This document shows, in pieces, positions 15,253 through 22,722 of a DNA stretch of 22,722 nt (position 1 is its first letter; every line of letters begins with the position of its first letter). Source of the DNA: Deltaproteobacteria bacterium (GTDB lineage: Bacteria > SAR324 > NAC60-12); the NCBI GenBank assembly GCA_038150265.1, contig JAYOTF010000044.1:1-22722 (forward strand), read 5' to 3'. The notes beneath the pieces are model-generated. The model worked only from the letters and a program-made list of their open reading frames with translations, was not told the DNA's origin and ran no database searches. Position numbers and translations under genes: made by a program.

Positions 15253-17523
15253 TTGAAGCTCAATAAAAAGAACGTCCTGGCGCTCATGGAAGCCCATGGG
15301 GGCCTGCTCAGCGCCAAGCAGCTGCGCGGGCTCCTCGGGCTGAGCAAGGCTGACACGTCGAAGCTCAAGGCGTGGCTCCACAAGCAGGTCAAGCGTGGCT
15401 CCATGATCCAGCAGGGATCTCGTTACGGAAGCGCCCGGCTGCTGACCCGAGCCGAGCTGAAGCCCGAATCCCGCAAGCGCCAACACGTGGACCCCACGGA
15501 GGAACGTGGAAAGCCGCTGCGGGGCATGGCCCGTTCTGGAAGGCCTGCGTCTGGAAAGGGGCGGCTCACTGGCGTGTTCATCCGGAACCCACGGGGCTTT
15601 GGCTTCATTGCCACCGGAGATGGGCAGGAGGATGTCTTTGTCGGCGAGCGGGACCAGCTCAATGCCATGGACGGCGACAAGGTGGAGTTTGAGCTGTCTC
15701 CGGCTCGAGGAGCGCGGGGCAAGCGCAAGGGGCGGATCCTCCGAGTGGTGGAGCGCAGCAACTCCCGCCTGCTCGCCACCCTGCACCGGCGCAAGTCCAC
15801 GGTCACCGCTGTGCCCATCAACTCCAACCTCAGCTTTGGCACCCTCCTGATCCGTCCGGAGCACGACCTCTCCGAGGCCCAGAACGGCAGCCTTGTGGAA
15901 GTGGAGCTGATTCCCGAGGAAGAAGGCTGGCGGGGAGGAAACGTGGATCGCCCCCTCGCTCGGATCATCCGGTCGATGGAGGGCATTTCGGTCAATGAAC
16001 TCGCATTCGACCGCATCCTTCAGGAAAACCAGATCCGCAACGAGTATCCGGAAGCGGCTCTGGCGCACGCGGAAGCGTTCCCGACTCGGGTAGTCTATGA
16101 TGCCACTTCCGGACGCGTCGATCAGCGGGATCTGGGATATGTCACGATTGATGGCAAGACGGCGCGGGACTTTGATGACGCGGTTCTGGCAACCAAGCAC
16201 TCCGACGGCTCCTGGACCCTCTACGTGGCCATTGCCGACGTCGCCCACTACGTCCAGCCGGGTGACCCGGTGGATGCGGAAGCCTACGAGCGAGCCACCA
16301 GCGTCTACTTTCCCACCCACGCCATCCCCATGCTCCCGGAGGCGCTCTCGAACAACCTCTGCAGCCTCCGGCCTCAGGTGAACCGATATGCGGTGACGTG
16401 TGAGATGCACCTCGATGCAGAAGGGGCCCGGACGGGTTACAAAATTTATGAAAGCCTCATCCGGAGTGCCGGACGCCTGACCTATGACGACGTGGAGGAT
16501 GTGCTGCAGGGACGGCCTTCCAGCATCCGCAAGCCACAGATCCTCACGGGGCTGAAGGAGATGAATGAATTGGCCCAGATCCTTTCCAGGCGCCGGGAAG
16601 CCCGGGGGGCCATTCAGTTTACCTTTGCTGAAGAGACCGTTGAGTTTGATGCCGAAAATCGCATGACGGGCATGGGACGACGCTTCCAGAGCAATGCGAT
16701 GAAGCTGATTGAGCAGTTCATGCTGGAAGCCAACGAAACGGTGGCCCGGCACTGCGTGGACCACAAGCTCCCTGCGCTGTACCGGGTGCATGAGCGTCCG
16801 GACTTCAAGAAGCTCACGCGCCTGCAGCCGACCTTCTGGCGCTTTGGGGTCAAGACGCCCATGTCCCGCCTGCACGAGCCCCAGGGCTTCAACGAGGTGT
16901 TTCAGCAAATTGAGGAGTACCCCAACCGCGATCAGCTGCAGGTTCTGCTGCTGCGCTGCATGGCGCTGGCGGTGTATCAGCCCGGAAACCTGGGACACTT
17001 TGGCCTGGCCGCCGAGTACTACTGCCACTTCACGTCTCCCATCCGGCGCTATCCGGACCTGACCGTCCACCGAGCGCTCAAGCAGTGGCTCGCTGCGGAA
17101 CGATCTGCTGAGCCCGCAAAGGCGCGGAAGCGCATCAAGGCGGAGCTGCCCAAGGTCGATGAAGCCCTCGGGGAGCACTGCTCCATTCAGGAGCGTCGCT
17201 CGGAAAAGGCGGAGCAGCAGAGTGTGGACCTGATGAAGGTCGCTTTTCTGGAGCCTCATGCTGGAGAAGGCTTCCGGGCCACCGTCCAGACTGTGGACAA
17301 GGGGGGCATCCGCATCGTTCTGGAGCCTCATGGCATCGACTGGTTCCTGCCGCTGGAGGCGCTCGGAGACGATTGGTATCAGTTTGACGAGGAGTCGCTG
17401 GTTCTGAAAGGAAAGCGCCGGAAGCGGATCATTGAAGCAGGAAAGCCCCTGGAGGTGCGGCTGCTCCGGACCAATGTCCTGGAGCGTGTGATGGAGTTTG
17501 AGGTGGTCCGCTGGCCGTCTTGA
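15253..17523 (+). CDS. rnr: Ribonuclease R (RNB family 3'-5' exoribonuclease)
   Basis: TTG start with SD AGGAGG; cold-shock domain GFGFI, catalytic TIDGKTARDFDDAV, IADVAHYV, SVYFP, EQFMLEAN, HFGLA and HFTSPIRRYPDL; C-terminal S1-like domain. Confidence 0.88.
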   Translation: MKLNKKNVLALMEAHGGLLSAKQLRGLLGLSKADTSKLKAWLHKQVKRGSMIQQGSRYGSARLLTRAELKPESRKRQHVDPTEERGKPLRGMARSGRPASGKGRLTGVFIRNPRGFGFIATGDGQEDVFVGERDQLNAMDGDKVEFELSPARGARGKRKGRILRVVERSNSRLLATLHRRKSTVTAVPINSNLSFGTLLIRPEHDLSEAQNGSLVEVELIPEEEGWRGGNVDRPLARIIRSMEGISVNELAFDRILQENQIRNEYPEAALAHAEAFPTRVVYDATSGRVDQRDLGYVTIDGKTARDFDDAVLATKHSDGSWTLYVAIADVAHYVQPGDPVDAEAYERATSVYFPTHAIPMLPEALSNNLCSLRPQVNRYAVTCEMHLDAEGARTGYKIYESLIRSAGRLTYDDVEDVLQGRPSSIRKPQILTGLKEMNELAQILSRRREARGAIQFTFAEETVEFDAENRMTGMGRRFQSNAMKLIEQFMLEANETVARHCVDHKLPALYRVHERPDFKKLTRLQPTFWRFGVKTPMSRLHEPQGFNEVFQQIEEYPNRDQLQVLLLRCMALAVYQPGNLGHFGLAAEYYCHFTSPIRRYPDLTVHRALKQWLAAERSAEPAKARKRIKAELPKVDEALGEHCSIQERRSEKAEQQSVDLMKVAFLEPHAGEGFRATVQTVDKGGIRIVLEPHGIDWFLPLEALGDDWYQFDEESLVLKGKRRKRIIEAGKPLEVRLLRTNVLERVMEFEVVRWPS

Positions 17524-17526
17524 GCT

Positions 17527-18042
17527 TCAGGCCGAAGCCGGAGGCTGGAAGGAATCCAGGACCTGTCGGACCACGGTTTCCATCGGGAAGTCGGCATCCA
17601 GCTGCTGATGGATGAGGGACCCGATGATCACTGAAGCCAGGGTGGCCGACTGCTCAGGGGTGAGCCCAAACATCGCTTGCAGGTAGGAGCGACGGGACTG
17701 CACCACCTCCCGGAGCTTCTCGGCAATGCGCGGAGATTCGGTTGCCAGCGCCAGAAACTCCAGCAGCAGGCGGTCGTTGCTGTCTTCCCGGAAGAGGTGC
17801 CAGACGGGGGGGAAGGATCGATCAGGGGCTCCGTGCGGCGCTGGCATCCGGGTCTTGATCGCACACTGGAACTGTTCAATCAGCTCAATGATCAGCTGTT
17901 CCTTGGAGCCAAAGTAGTGGTGAATCAGCCCATGGTTCACCCCCGCGTATTCGGCAATGCGCTTCACACTCGTCCGGGTATGCCCCTCTGCCAGCAGGCA
18001 GGCCCGTGCTCCCGTCACTATCTTTTGCTCCGTCTCATTCAT
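17527..18042 (-). CDS. TetR/AcrR family transcriptional regulator
   Basis: N-terminal HTH 'TSVKRIAEYAGVNHGLIHHYFGSKEQL'; 171 aa; start codon overlaps the yejB stop (TGATG). Confidence 0.9.
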   Translation of the reverse strand: MNETEQKIVTGARACLLAEGHTRTSVKRIAEYAGVNHGLIHHYFGSKEQLIIELIEQFQCAIKTRMPAPHGAPDRSFPPVWHLFREDSNDRLLLEFLALATESPRIAEKLREVVQSRRSYLQAMFGLTPEQSATLASVIIGSLIHQQLDADFPMETVVRQVLDSFQPPASA

Positions 18043-19145
18043 CAGCGCCTTGCCTCAAAATCAATCCGGGGGTCCACCAGCGTGTAGGTCAGGTCGCTGA
18101 TCAGGCCCACCACCAGCCCCAGCAGCGTGAAGATGTAGAGGGTGCCGAACATGACCGGGTAGTCCCGCTGAATGGTGGACTCGAAGCCCAGCAGGCCCAG
18201 GCCATCGAGGCTGAAGATGATCTCAATCAGCAAGGAGCCCGTGAAGAACATGCCAATGAACGCTGCCGGGAAGCCCGCAATGATGATCAGCATCGCATTC
18301 CGGAAGACGTGCCGGTAGAGGATGCGCCGCTCCGTGAGCCCCTTGGAGCGCGCCGTGATGACGTACTGCTTGTTGATCTCATCCAGGAAGGAGTTCTTGG
18401 TCAGCATCGTCAGGGTCGCAAAGCTCCCAATGAGGATGGAGAGCAGCGGCAGCACGAGGTGCCAGAAGTAATCCAGCACCTGCTCCCACCAGGAAAGCTC
18501 GGAAAAGTTCTCGGAAAAGAGCCCCCGGAGCGGGAACCAGCTGAAGTACTCCCCTCCGGCAAAGAGGATGATGAGCAAAATGGCAAAGAGGAAGGTCGGG
18601 ATGGCATTGCCCAGAATGACCACGGTGCTGGTCCAGACGTCAAAACGGCTTCCGTGCCGGATCGCCTTCGCAATGCCAAGAGGAATGCAAACGACATAGA
18701 CGATCAGGGTGCTCCAGACCCCAAGAGAAACCGAGACCGGAAGCTTCTCCCAGATCAGCTCGGTCACCTGGCGGTCCCGAAAGAAACTCTCTCCAAAATC
18801 AAACACCGCGTAGCTCTTCAGCATGTCCCAGAAGCGTTCATGGAGGGGCTTGTCAAAGCCATACATGCGTTCAATCTCCAGCACCAGGTCCGGGTCCAGC
18901 CCCTGAGCCCCTCGGTACTTTTCGGAGACGGCAGAGCTTCCACTGCTTCCGGAGCCGGAATTGCCAAGCTCCGAGCCGGTTCCGGTGAGGCGCTCCGTGG
19001 CACTCACGGCGCTTCCCTGCAATTGGGCAATCATTTGCTCCACCGGCCCCCCGGGAGCCAGTTGCACAATGAAGAAGTTGACCACCATGATGCCCAACAG
19101 CGTCGGGACAATGAGCAGCAGGCGACGGAGGATGTAGGCAGACAT
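18042..19145 (-). CDS. yejB: Peptide ABC transporter permease, YejB-like
   Basis: [61 protein letters not shown] and DPRIDFEAR; start at ATG 19145. Confidence 0.88.
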   Translation of the reverse strand: MSAYILRRLLLIVPTLLGIMVVNFFIVQLAPGGPVEQMIAQLQGSAVSATERLTGTGSELGNSGSGSSGSSAVSEKYRGAQGLDPDLVLEIERMYGFDKPLHERFWDMLKSYAVFDFGESFFRDRQVTELIWEKLPVSVSLGVWSTLIVYVVCIPLGIAKAIRHGSRFDVWTSTVVILGNAIPTFLFAILLIILFAGGEYFSWFPLRGLFSENFSELSWWEQVLDYFWHLVLPLLSILIGSFATLTMLTKNSFLDEINKQYVITARSKGLTERRILYRHVFRNAMLIIIAGFPAAFIGMFFTGSLLIEIIFSLDGLGLLGFESTIQRDYPVMFGTLYIFTLLGLVVGLISDLTYTLVDPRIDFEARR

Positions 19146-19250
19146 TGGGTGCAGTGAGGGAAAAACAGGATGGCCCACGCAGCAGCGTCCGGAGCCAACT
19201 CCTGACGCAGGCAAGCACAAAAAGTATTCTGGGAACAGCTTAAGGAATGC

Positions 19251-21236
19251 TTAGGACGCTGGCAATAGCAAGGTGAAGGTCACCCCATCTCCCGGACGGT
19301 TTCCGAGCAACAGGAAGCCCTCATGCGCCACGGCGATGCCGCGACTGATGGCCAGGCCGAGACCGGTTCCTTCTCCGGGAGGCTTGGTGGTGAAGAAGGA
19401 CTGGAAGATGTCGCTGAGGTGTTCTTCGGCAATGCCGCCTCCGGTATCGGTCACCTCCAGGGCCACCCACTTCCGGGCTCCTGGCTCCGGATGCTCGCCC
19501 TGGGCTTCCGCCTGCTGCCAGAGGGGATCGTCTGGCGCCACGGTGCGGGTCCGGAGGGTCAGGTGCCGTTCGGCTCGACCGCGCATGGCATCAGACGCGT
19601 TCAGCACCAGGTTGGTGAGGACCTGCTCCATCTGAATGGCATCGCCGAGGACATCGGGAAGGGACGGGTCCAGCTCCAGGGTGACCTGCACCTGATCCTT
19701 CCGGAGGTGGCCCGCAAAGAGTTCCTGTGCGCCTTCGACCAGCTGACTGAGATTGATCGGACGCTGGGCATCCTTCCGGGAGTCTCGTCCGAACTCCCGG
19801 AGGTGCTGGATGATGTAAATGGCCTTCTCATTTTGGGAGTAAATCCGCCGGGCCAGCTTCTCTGCGCGCTCCCACTCCTGCTCTTCCAGACTCTGGAGGA
19901 GCATCTCGCTGCTCAGGCTAATCAGGCTCAGGGGCTGTTTGAGCTCATGGGCAATGCTGGTTGCCATCTCGCCCAAAGACGCCAGTTTGGCTGATTGAAG
20001 CATCTGGGCCTGTGTGGCCTGCATCTGCTCATGCGTCACCGACAGCTCCTGATAGAGCCCTCGCAGTTCCTCTTCTGCCTGCTTGCGGTCAGTGATGTCG
20101 ATCTGAATGCCCAGCAGCCGGATGGGCTCCCCGGTTTCCTTGCGTTCCACAACCTGCCCAAAGGCTTCCACCCAGCACACGGACCCGTCCGGGCGGACCA
20201 GGCGGTACTCGGCTTCAAAGGTGGAAAGGCGTCCCTCAAGCAGCCCCTGCTCTTGCTTCAGGACCCCCTCCCGGTCCTCAGGGTGCAGGCGACGTTCCCA
20301 CAGCTTGGGGTCGACCTCCGCTTCTTCCAGCGTGCAGCCGGCCATTCGGGCCCAGTGTTCATTAAAGACTCGTTGCTGCGTCTCCAGGTCGGTATCCCAC
20401 ACGCCCAGCCCGGCCACCTCGATCGCCAGATGGAGCCGCTGCTCGCTGGCTCGAAGGGCTCTCTCTGCGAGCTGACGCTGCTGGTTCGTCTGGATGATCC
20501 GGTGCACCAGAGCATTGTAGGTCTCTACCAGAGCATTGATTTCCGTGTGGGCCTGGCCCTCCTGCGGCAGCTGATCCTGATGCGTGGTGGCTTCCAGGTC
20601 CAGCCTGGAGGTGGCCTGAGTCAAGCGATGCAGGGGGTGAGAAAGCATGCGCTGGGCAAACCAGAGGAAGACCATCCAGAGCGCGGTGGTCTTCAGCAAC
20701 GCATAGAAGACAATCAGTGCAAAGGCGTACCGGATCTTCTCCAGGAGGAGGAGGGGGCTGGTGTAAAAATGGACCTGACCAATGACCGGGGCGCTTTCAT
20801 TGGACGGATCCTCCAGCGAGAAGGAGTGCTCAATGAGGTTGTCGGAAAAGACAACGGCTTCCTGAGAGCGAACGTTGCCATCCACATCCTGATACGGCAG
20901 TGCCTTGTGAGACACCGAGACCTCACCATACTTGATGTACGCCGTGCCCGGGTCTCCCATGACCATGACTCCCACGACGCTGGGAAAGTTCAGCGCGCCC
21001 TGGCTCGCCTTCTCCAGCAGCTGCTGATCCAGGTGCCACAGGGCATCATCAAAGAGGGGCTTGAGGATCAATTCCGCCTGAGCCAGGTTTTCCTGAGCCA
21101 GCTCCTTTTGGTGTTCGTATTCGGCGTAAAGGTGCAGGGCGGTGATCAAGATCGCAATGAGGACATAAACCCCAAAGACGTTCCGTAACAGCCGCACTCC
21201 TATTGAATCGCGGAATTGAACAGGACGGATGGTCAT
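19251..21236 (-). CDS. Membrane sensor histidine kinase (TM-periplasmic-TM, HAMP, PAS, HisKA, HATPase)
   Basis: Two TM helices, HAMP (PLHRL...EINAL), PAS (GVWD...LHPED...DITDRK), H-box AHELKQPL, N-box NLVLNASDA, and DTGGGI, FFTTK, GTGLGL. Confidence 0.92.
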   Translation of the reverse strand: MTIRPVQFRDSIGVRLLRNVFGVYVLIAILITALHLYAEYEHQKELAQENLAQAELILKPLFDDALWHLDQQLLEKASQGALNFPSVVGVMVMGDPGTAYIKYGEVSVSHKALPYQDVDGNVRSQEAVVFSDNLIEHSFSLEDPSNESAPVIGQVHFYTSPLLLLEKIRYAFALIVFYALLKTTALWMVFLWFAQRMLSHPLHRLTQATSRLDLEATTHQDQLPQEGQAHTEINALVETYNALVHRIIQTNQQRQLAERALRASEQRLHLAIEVAGLGVWDTDLETQQRVFNEHWARMAGCTLEEAEVDPKLWERRLHPEDREGVLKQEQGLLEGRLSTFEAEYRLVRPDGSVCWVEAFGQVVERKETGEPIRLLGIQIDITDRKQAEEELRGLYQELSVTHEQMQATQAQMLQSAKLASLGEMATSIAHELKQPLSLISLSSEMLLQSLEEQEWERAEKLARRIYSQNEKAIYIIQHLREFGRDSRKDAQRPINLSQLVEGAQELFAGHLRKDQVQVTLELDPSLPDVLGDAIQMEQVLTNLVLNASDAMRGRAERHLTLRTRTVAPDDPLWQQAEAQGEHPEPGARKWVALEVTDTGGGIAEEHLSDIFQSFFTTKPPGEGTGLGLAISRGIAVAHEGFLLLGNRPGDGVTFTLLLPAS

Positions 21237-21246
21237 GGGGTGCGCG

Positions 21247-21981
21247 TCACTCGAAGCCGTACAGGGTCAGGGTCTGCTGCCACTGTTCATTTTCTGGAAA
21301 GTTGAGAGACGTCAGGAAATCCGCCAGATCCTTGCGGGAACGCGGGACAAAGAAACTCCGAGTGAACTGAGCCTGAAGCTGTGGAGCGACGTAGATGCGG
21401 TTTTCAAGTTTCATCTGTTTTCGGAAGTACTTCATGGTGGAACCGGGCAGGAGTCCCACGTCAGCTCGTCCGTTGAGCAGCATCCGGACAATGTCCTCCT
21501 CACGGTTGTTGTCCACTCGCCTCACGTCACCGGTCGCAACCAGTTCATCAATGCCAACGTACCGATGTCCACGCATGCCGACAAAGGTCAGGCCCTTGAG
21601 CGACGCTGGTCCCGTCCAGTCCACTGGAGCTGCCGCTGGCGATAGGATCACGCTGCTGTCATCCAGCAAGGGGATCCACCAGAAACGCTCCTGCTTGCCA
21701 TCTCCAAACCAGGCCGGATTCGACCAAAGGGCCACCCAGGCGCCTGCTTGCTCAATCGTCTGGTCCAACCGCTTGCGGGGCAGCTCAGCCACCTGAAATC
21801 GGTAGCGCCCCTCAGATTCCTGATTCAGAAACGCCTCCAATTCATAGGTCAGCCCCGTTTCAGGAGCATTGATGAAGGGAGGGTGCAGGTGATACGTGAG
21901 GAGTTGAATGACCTCCTGTGCCGAGGCTTGGAGACTGAAGCCCAGGGCTCCCAGGAGCAGGATCGTTTTTGCCAGCATCAT
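21247..21981 (-). CDS. Periplasmic substrate-binding protein (family 3 / PBP2-like), stand-alone
   Basis: Signal peptide (ASA/QE), 'HPPF', 'LPRKR', 'LKGLTFVGMRGHRY' and 'MLLNGRAD'; 244 aa; 10 bp upstream of the kinase. Confidence 0.75.
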   Translation of the reverse strand: MMLAKTILLLGALGFSLQASAQEVIQLLTYHLHPPFINAPETGLTYELEAFLNQESEGRYRFQVAELPRKRLDQTIEQAGAWVALWSNPAWFGDGKQERFWWIPLLDDSSVILSPAAAPVDWTGPASLKGLTFVGMRGHRYVGIDELVATGDVRRVDNNREEDIVRMLLNGRADVGLLPGSTMKYFRKQMKLENRIYVAPQLQAQFTRSFFVPRSRKDLADFLTSLNFPENEQWQQTLTLYGFE

Positions 21982-22032
21982 GTGCCTTCTTGTTCATTTT
22001 GTCAGAAAAACCCCCTGATTTCAGCAAATAGG

Positions 22033-22060
22033 AGAATAAGGGAGACCGTCAAAAAGGCAA
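22033..22060 (-). promoter_or_regulatory. Candidate sigma70-type promoter for the SBP-kinase genes
   Basis: Minus strand TTGCCT-N16-TATTCT in an AT-richer intergenic stretch. Confidence 0.35.
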
Positions 22061-22293
22061 CCTATTTCAGAGTGCCCCCAAAGTGGAGCCCTGCAGCAGG
22101 TGCTGACACCGTGGCTCGTCAACTCCCCACGCTCAGCCTGGCGCCTTGAAGGCTCAGGCTTTCCTCTCACTGGGGAAGTGTGCTACGGTGGAGGCAGGGT
22201 TCCCTTTCTGGAGCCGAAGGCTTCCCCGTTTCAGGGAGCAAAGGGCAACCAGGCCTTTCCCGCCATCACCAGACTGCAAACCAAGGAAACGTT

Positions 22294-22722
22294 ATGGTGA
22301 CCCTACCCAATCCTGAAGCCGTCAATGAAACCAACCTCGTCGAGATGGTACGTCTGTCGTTCCAGAAACTCGCCGAAATCAACGACACCAGCGTGGAACG
22401 TGACGTCAAGCTGTATCGAGAAGTCAAGGGACTGAGGAGCGACATGAATCAGCGACTCGGCTCCCTGGACAATCGGGTCGGATCGCTGGAGAGTCGTGTT
22501 GAGTCCGTTGAGGGCCAAATCATCGGACTCCGGAAGGACACGAATGAGCGATTTCAGTCCCTGGAAGCTCGGGTAAATGAGCGATTCATCTCCCTGGAAG
22601 CTCGAGTCGAAGACCTGCAGAACACGACGAATGAGCGATTCATCTCTCTGGAAGCTCGAGTCGAAGACCTGCAGAACACAACGAATGAGCGATTCATCTC
22701 CCTGGAAGCTCGGGTCGAAGAC
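22294..22722 (+). CDS. Coiled-coil tandem-repeat protein, 3'-truncated by the window end (not in the ORF track)
   Basis: Manual translation is open for 143 codons to the end: MVTLPNPEAVNETNLVEMVRLSFQKLAEINDTSVERDVKLYREVKGLRSDMNQRLGSLDNRVGSLESRVESVEGQIIGLRKDTNERFQSLEARVNERFISLEARVEDLQNTTNERFISLEARVEDLQNTTNERFISLEARVED. SD AAGGA at 22283-22287. Confidence 0.85.
   Translation, partial: MVTLPNPEAVNETNLVEMVRLSFQKLAEINDTSVERDVKLYREVKGLRSDMNQRLGSLDNRVGSLESRVESVEGQIIGLRKDTNERFQSLEARVNERFISLEARVEDLQNTTNERFISLEARVEDLQNTTNERFISLEARVED
22543..22722 (+). repeat. Coding tandem repeat: one 33-bp unit, then 54-bp units
   Basis: Units start at 22543 (33 bp), 22576 (54 bp), 22630 (54 bp) and 22684 (partial), with core AATGAGCGATTCATCTCCCTGGAAGCTCG. 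Confidence 0.97.

Noticed and set aside
14401..17331. 976-aa antisense ORF (also 7840-9867, 10697-12565, 12562-14385, 5523-7004, 3918-5087, 18006-19157, 19995-21188)
   Set aside because: These are shadow frames opposite well-supported genes in GC-rich DNA, with no recognisable motifs.
18042..21981. SBP and yejB as parts of one ABC transporter
   Set aside because: The SBP is a small family-3-like protein, whereas YejB works with large family-5 peptide-binding proteins; no ATPase or second permease is present.
22205..22240. Glycine-riboswitch-like words (CTGGAG, CCGAAGG, TTTCAGG)
   Set aside because: There is no P2 stem or GGAGAG junction, P3 is too short, the CUYUCAGG match is broken, and the downstream gene is unrelated to glycine.
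22303..22518. 71-aa minus-strand ORF
   Set aside because: It is antisense to the better-supported plus-strand coiled-coil ORF, which has an SD and synonymous repeat variation.
22543..22722. Terminal repeats as a CRISPR array
   Set aside because: The intervening segments are near-identical rather than unique spacers, unit lengths are multiples of 3, variation among the 54-bp units is synonymous in an open frame, and no cas genes are present.

Overview
GC-rich bacterial chromosomal segment, densely coding, with no rRNA, tRNA, mobile element or CRISPR array that I can support. The plus strand carries a mannitol 2-dehydrogenase, a class-V PLP alanine/serine-glyoxylate-type aminotransferase with an XPB/Ssl2-like SF2 helicase, a secreted 5'-nucleotidase, a doeC-doeD-like pair (ectoine/diaminobutyrate catabolism), hyi/otnI-glcDEF and RNase R. 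The minus strand carries a DMT/EamA transporter and a run of periplasmic binding protein, HAMP-PAS histidine kinase, lone yejB-like permease and TetR regulator. The window ends inside an ORF missing from the supplied track (22294 to the end), which encodes a coiled-coil protein with 33/54-bp tandem repeats (11- and 18-residue periodicity). The most notable points are that repeat protein, the structured divergent intergenic region at 2399-2676 (attenuator-like leader and operator-like repeats), and several modules separated from their usual partners. I see no clear-cut new system. All family calls come from motif recognition, not database searches.
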